Under the pieces are notes generated by a model. The model was not told the origin of the DNA. It did not search any database and was given only the letters and a program-made list of their open reading frames with translations. Both the position numbers and the translations under genes were made by a program. 64,000 nt of DNA from positions 96,042-160,041 of the forward strand of contig DF237124.1 in assembly GCA_000708835.1 (NCBI GenBank), read 5' to 3'. This stretch comes from Klebsormidium nitens (taxonomy: Eukaryota > Plantae > Klebsormidiophyceae). This document shows, one piece after another, positions 59,700-64,000 of this stretch; the stretch's first letter is position 1; every line of letters begins with the position of its first letter.

Positions 59700-62600
59700 G
59701 TGTGCCACACCCTCTCCCGTCGAACTATCCACCGTCTGGGTCCTTCGTCGCACTTCCGGCCCAGTGCGCCCGGACTATCTACGCCAGGTGGTCGCACGTG
59801 GTCGGCCACCAGACTCAAGAACTGCTTCTTGGCGGCGTGCCTGCACGAGAGAAAGCATTGCTGATGCCGACTGCCAGGGGACGCCTCCATTCGTGTTTGA
59901 CCAGCAAGGGTCGTTTACGCGAGCTCACTTGGAAACAGGTTCCGCAACTGAGTCGCTCCCGGGCAGCCCTTTTGCACGAGCACAAGAGATGCTAAACACA
60001 CGGTCAGAGTGCACAGGCTGAAGTTCTGAAACTCAGCATGAAATCACCACAGTCAAGCCCCAATTCCAGCAACCGGGGATGTTTTTAAGCTCGTCCTTGA
60101 TCTCGCTTTCGGGTTACGTCATCAAGCATCTCAGAAGCGAATCTTGGTAAGTGCCTTTGACTGTTTGACAGGCCATCGTTCCAGGTATGCGATGCTGCTG
60201 GGCACCGCCGTGTGAGGGAGCGGCGGACGGAAGTCCAACATTTTCGAACGGACTTCGAACAGCATAGAGAAGGGACGCTCGGCCGAGCCCAAAACAGACT
60301 TGCAAACAAGTCATCCAGACGGTTGGCACGGAAGAGGTGTACCATTGTCCAATCAAAGGCATAGAGGATTGCGCGCCGCTCCACATTTATCATCTGCTAA
60401 ATGTACAAGGTCGATTCAGACGAAGAGGACGATATAAGTCCGGAGCGGCTCGATGCAGGTCCGAGGACTGACCTTGGCCGTTGTGTTTGTGGAAGATGGC
60501 CTCGACGCCCCCATCGCCCTGCGGTCTCGTCTGGCGGCCAACGTCATACTGACGTCAGCACCGCGCGCGGGTTGAGCGGCTCCCGAGGGCAGTGCGAGAC
60601 CGCACGCCCGTTGGAGCAAGAGCCTTTCCTCGGCAGCGCGCGCACACACGGGAACCAGCTGCCTTCGCGGGTTGACGATGGGGCTCTTGTTGCACATTCA
60701 GCGAGCTGTTAAAGAGGGTCGACGGGGTTTGGACGAAGGGGAGTTGGGAGCGTTCTCGAAAAGGTTTTACGGAAGATATTGGGCATACAGCGGTCCTGAA
60801 GACTTTCAAAGTCTGCTTAGGGGTGTTTGGAGGCTCCTTTGAGACCTTTCGGACCGGCACAAAGATCTGTTTTTGAAGGAAGGGTAGAAATCCAATCACT
60901 AGTCGCGAAGCACATTAGCAATTTATAAGGATGCCCCACCACGTTCCAACTTTCGCCCTTCTTGAAAGAGATCCTTTGCAAGACGCAACTTCCTTCAATT
61001 GGAGCATTGAAAAGCAGCGCACAGACCGTCGGAACTTCCCAATACAATCTTTCACGAGATAGAAATAGGCGCCTGCCGAGATTGAGGCAATAAAGTCACT
61101 AGCATCTGAACCACGAAAAGTTGGAAGGCTGCTCGATCATACAGATTGCCGGGTTCCGCCATTTTGAACAGCGAACTCCCTTTCGAAATTGCAGTACGAG
61201 TGTGCAAGGCGCCAGGTTATGAAGCATGATGAGCAATTCACCTACATAGGCTGTCGTTAAAGGCAAGTCGCCATGACAAATAAGACGCAGACAGCTACAG
61301 CTCGGATTTGTTTCCGTCTCGTCAACCTGTGACCGACACTGTTGGTCCAGTTTCAGCACTGAACTTCGTAGTCAATCCCCGAACTCAAGGCAAGCCTCGC
61401 TTCCTCAGACTGAGACGTGCCTCACCTGGAGAACTTGTTGATGATCACAGAGTGCGCCAACGCGGCAGTCTCAGCGCCTTGAGCTGCAGCGGCCCCTGAA
61501 ACCCCGCTCCGTCTCCAGGACGGTCGCTCGCTAAAAATACGAGAACTGCCTCTGTGCCAGAGCCGCAACCACGTCCGGCGGGGTTTTTCTCTCTGCGCAG
61601 CCGCTGCCCCTCCCGGCTGGCGCCTGAACAAAGGCGGATACGGGCAGTCTATGTTAGTGTACTGGGTTGAAGCGAAAGTGGGGCCTGGATGCGCATTGAC
61701 AGGGCTGATTCCAAGCCTTGCAGGCTGGTCCTCTGCAAGTAGGGGTTCTGAATGCTTATACGACGGGACAGGGTCAGCAAACTTTTAAAACCAGTATGTT
61801 CTTAAGATGACCTTCGAGGCCTTGACCTGCTCTGTATGGCCGCCAGAGACCTCCGGCGAACACCCAAAGATTGCGCTCAACCTAGACCGAAAAAAGCCTT
61901 ACAAGACACAAGATCGGCATAGCTTTCACTAGCGAGCGGCCCGGCGGAGGGTCTGCAAACGAACTGAAAGGACGCTCGAGTCCTGCAATGGCATGCGCTT
62001 CCTTCGATTGGAAAAAACAAAGATAGTTCACCAGACTAGCCGTTTGCCTAGCAAAAGCAGGTGTGTCACGGGCCTTGGACGAGGGTCCCAAATGGGGCTG
62101 CCGGGGTTTTCCCCTCTGCATAGGGTACGTACTCATTGTGTGCGGAGCTTTGACAGCGGACAGGATAGTTTCACGAGCAGCTTGTGTCGCTGCTTCATTC
62201 TGCGTGTGAATTGCGGAGACGAAGTAGACCTGAACCCAAGACTTGGCGCCTGAGAGGGTGCCAGCTGCCCCACTCACCTTGGAAGTCGGCAGGACCATGT
62301 CCTGGAAGCAAGTTTCTGGTGCGCGCCCCCACTATTGTGGTTCACTACCATGCAGCGCCCCATAACAATCGTCAGGAAGTTGCAACGTTGGTCGCCCGAA
62401 ACACCTGCAAAGCGAATCTGGCTTTGTTCGAGCTTCAGGCACACCAGGATAGAGGTTGTTCAATTGGCTCCCGCACCACAGGGGCAAATCTATCAGCGTC
62501 CCGCTGTTGCTTGAGCAAAAGATGAACAGCCCCCCGTTTCGAGCAGAATACTGCTGGGCTTGCTTAAACCGGAACTGCCGGTGACTTCTATTCTGCTCTT

Positions 62601-63800
62601 AATTGGTCCAGCGCTCTCTCTTTACGCACTCTCTGAGTTGACTTTCGGATGACGCATCAGCGGCAGTCGAGCTTCGTAGTGCCATGGACCTTAATTGAAG
62701 CAATCCTGTTCACAAGCCTTTTGTCTTGAGACACTTGACTCGGTCCTTCTCCTCAATGCCGCAGTCGTCTCTTCAACGCCTCAACCCCAGACACTGTTGA
62801 CCAACCCACTGCAGAAGGCTCAACAAACATCAAAGCAAGGTAAGCATGCAAAGCAGCGGCACTTTCAAAAAAGTGTGGGTCCAAGAACCCCTTACCTTCG
62901 AGGCAACGGGTCCATTGCCGCTGCTAATAGCATCTTCACGAGAAGTTGTCGCCCCTTCCCATATCCTGCTTTTACCCACGCAAAGCATTGGCAGATCTCT
63001 GCATCTGATGCTGCATCGCTGACCTTACCACCAAGCGCACTGTCCCCGCTTTCTGCACCGCCATTGCTAGCCATGCCATCCTTACCCATGCCTCTCTTCC
63101 CCGCTCTTGCCCTGACCCAGGCAACTTGTTCAGGGTATGGGTTTAAAGGTTCTCAGGGGTACCGCTGGCGGCAAGGGGACGCTTCAAATTCAGAATCACA
63201 GATTTGCTAATGTCAGCGGCGCCTGCGCGGGCTTGCATGCGCTAGCGGACGCTGGAGGGAACGTTCCTGCGGAGCTTGCCTGAGTGCGCCTTGTATTCTG
63301 GGAACAGGAACACCGCCCACTGCAGCAGTCGCGTACCTGGCGGAACAATGAAGAAGGTTCAGAAATACTTCAAGCATCAAGTGCGTTAAGGTAAGAAACT
63401 GGAGCAACACGAGACGAAATCTACATCATTCACCAAGCCGCAATTGCAGATGCTTTTAGAGTATGTGTGAGCAGCCGTGTGGTGGCAGTGACAATAAGCT
63501 CTGGATGGGGAGTAAATCGTAAAATTCAGATGGCAGAGCAGAAGTTGTCAGGAAGAAACCGATTGGTCTGCTCACTTCAACCATATGCGCTGGCACCATC
63601 TGCATTTGAAGCAATATTTGACAAGCTTCTCAAGCAGCACTCTCTTCCTAGAAAAGGAATGTCAGAGTTCCATGCTGCTTCATCACTGATCATCAAGTAT
63701 GCTCTTTTGGTCTCATTTGTGTCTGCAATCTCACCTGAGCCTGGGACAACTGGGAGGGTCCTTTTTTCGCGCTACTGGAAATAGAGCGGTCAATGCTAGC
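59700..63800 (+). other. Unresolved region with scattered exon-like segments (possible poorly conserved gene)
   Basis: One candidate exon at 60070-60146 (ccag|..TGDVFKLVLDLAFGLRHQASQKRIL|gtaagt). Open frames at 59764-60021, 60401-60712 and 62695-63210. No consistent model or domain. Confidence 0.25.
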
Positions 63801-63966
63801 TCGTTAAGATTGTTGTGGCAATCTGCCGGGACAGCATTGCCGGCCCCATGTCATGTTCTCCTGCTGACTGCACCAAGCCCATCAGATGGACCAAAGGAGA
63901 GGAATATGTTGACCGTCCATCTCCGCCAACACGCTTCTTTGGATGCATTGAAGTCGATGCGTATGC

Positions 63967-63969
<3 letters not shown>

Positions 63970-64000
<31 letters not shown>
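63970..64000 (-). repeat. Poly-T run of at least 31 nt reaching the window edge (poly-A on the minus strand)
   Basis: Uninterrupted T from 63970 to the end of the window. Confidence 0.9.

Noticed and set aside
36-64000. Most of the several hundred short ORFs in the six-frame track
   Set aside because: They are antisense or off-frame shadows of GC-rich exons, or exon read-through into introns. Spliced models explain the real coding signal.
1-64000. tRNA, rRNA or snoRNA genes
   Set aside because: I saw no cloverleaf with A/B boxes and no rRNA-like conserved segments by eye; a covariance-model search (tRNAscan-SE, Infernal/Rfam) would be needed to exclude them.

Overview
Intron-rich eukaryotic genomic DNA with GC-rich exons and mostly 200-900 nt GT-AG introns. 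Gene content and style suggest a streptophyte (charophyte) green alga such as Klebsormidium; this is an inference, not a database match. I assembled gene models by hand from splice signals and reading-frame continuity. In order: the 3' half of a PDR/ABCG transporter (+), a GT34-like glycosyltransferase (-), a JMJD4-like JmjC oxygenase (+), a half-size ABCD transporter (-), a plastid triose-phosphate translocator (+), a small 149-aa charged protein (-), a plant Shaker-type K+ channel with cNBD and ankyrin repeats (+), a doubtful gene remnant (-), an F-box/LRR protein (+) and a lineage-specific coiled-coil protein (-). A poorly resolved region and a terminal poly-T follow. I found no rRNA, tRNA or CRISPR. 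The most unusual signals are non-coding. (1) Two genes carry tandem 'decoy' copies of an intron-end plus exon-start junction inside an intron. (2) The palindrome TGACGTCA occurs at least 19 times (about 1 expected), mostly next to splice sites. (3) Three introns need GC donors. (4) The K+ channel combines inward-type and outward-type motifs. (5) All recovered internal exons of the coiled-coil gene are phase 0-0.
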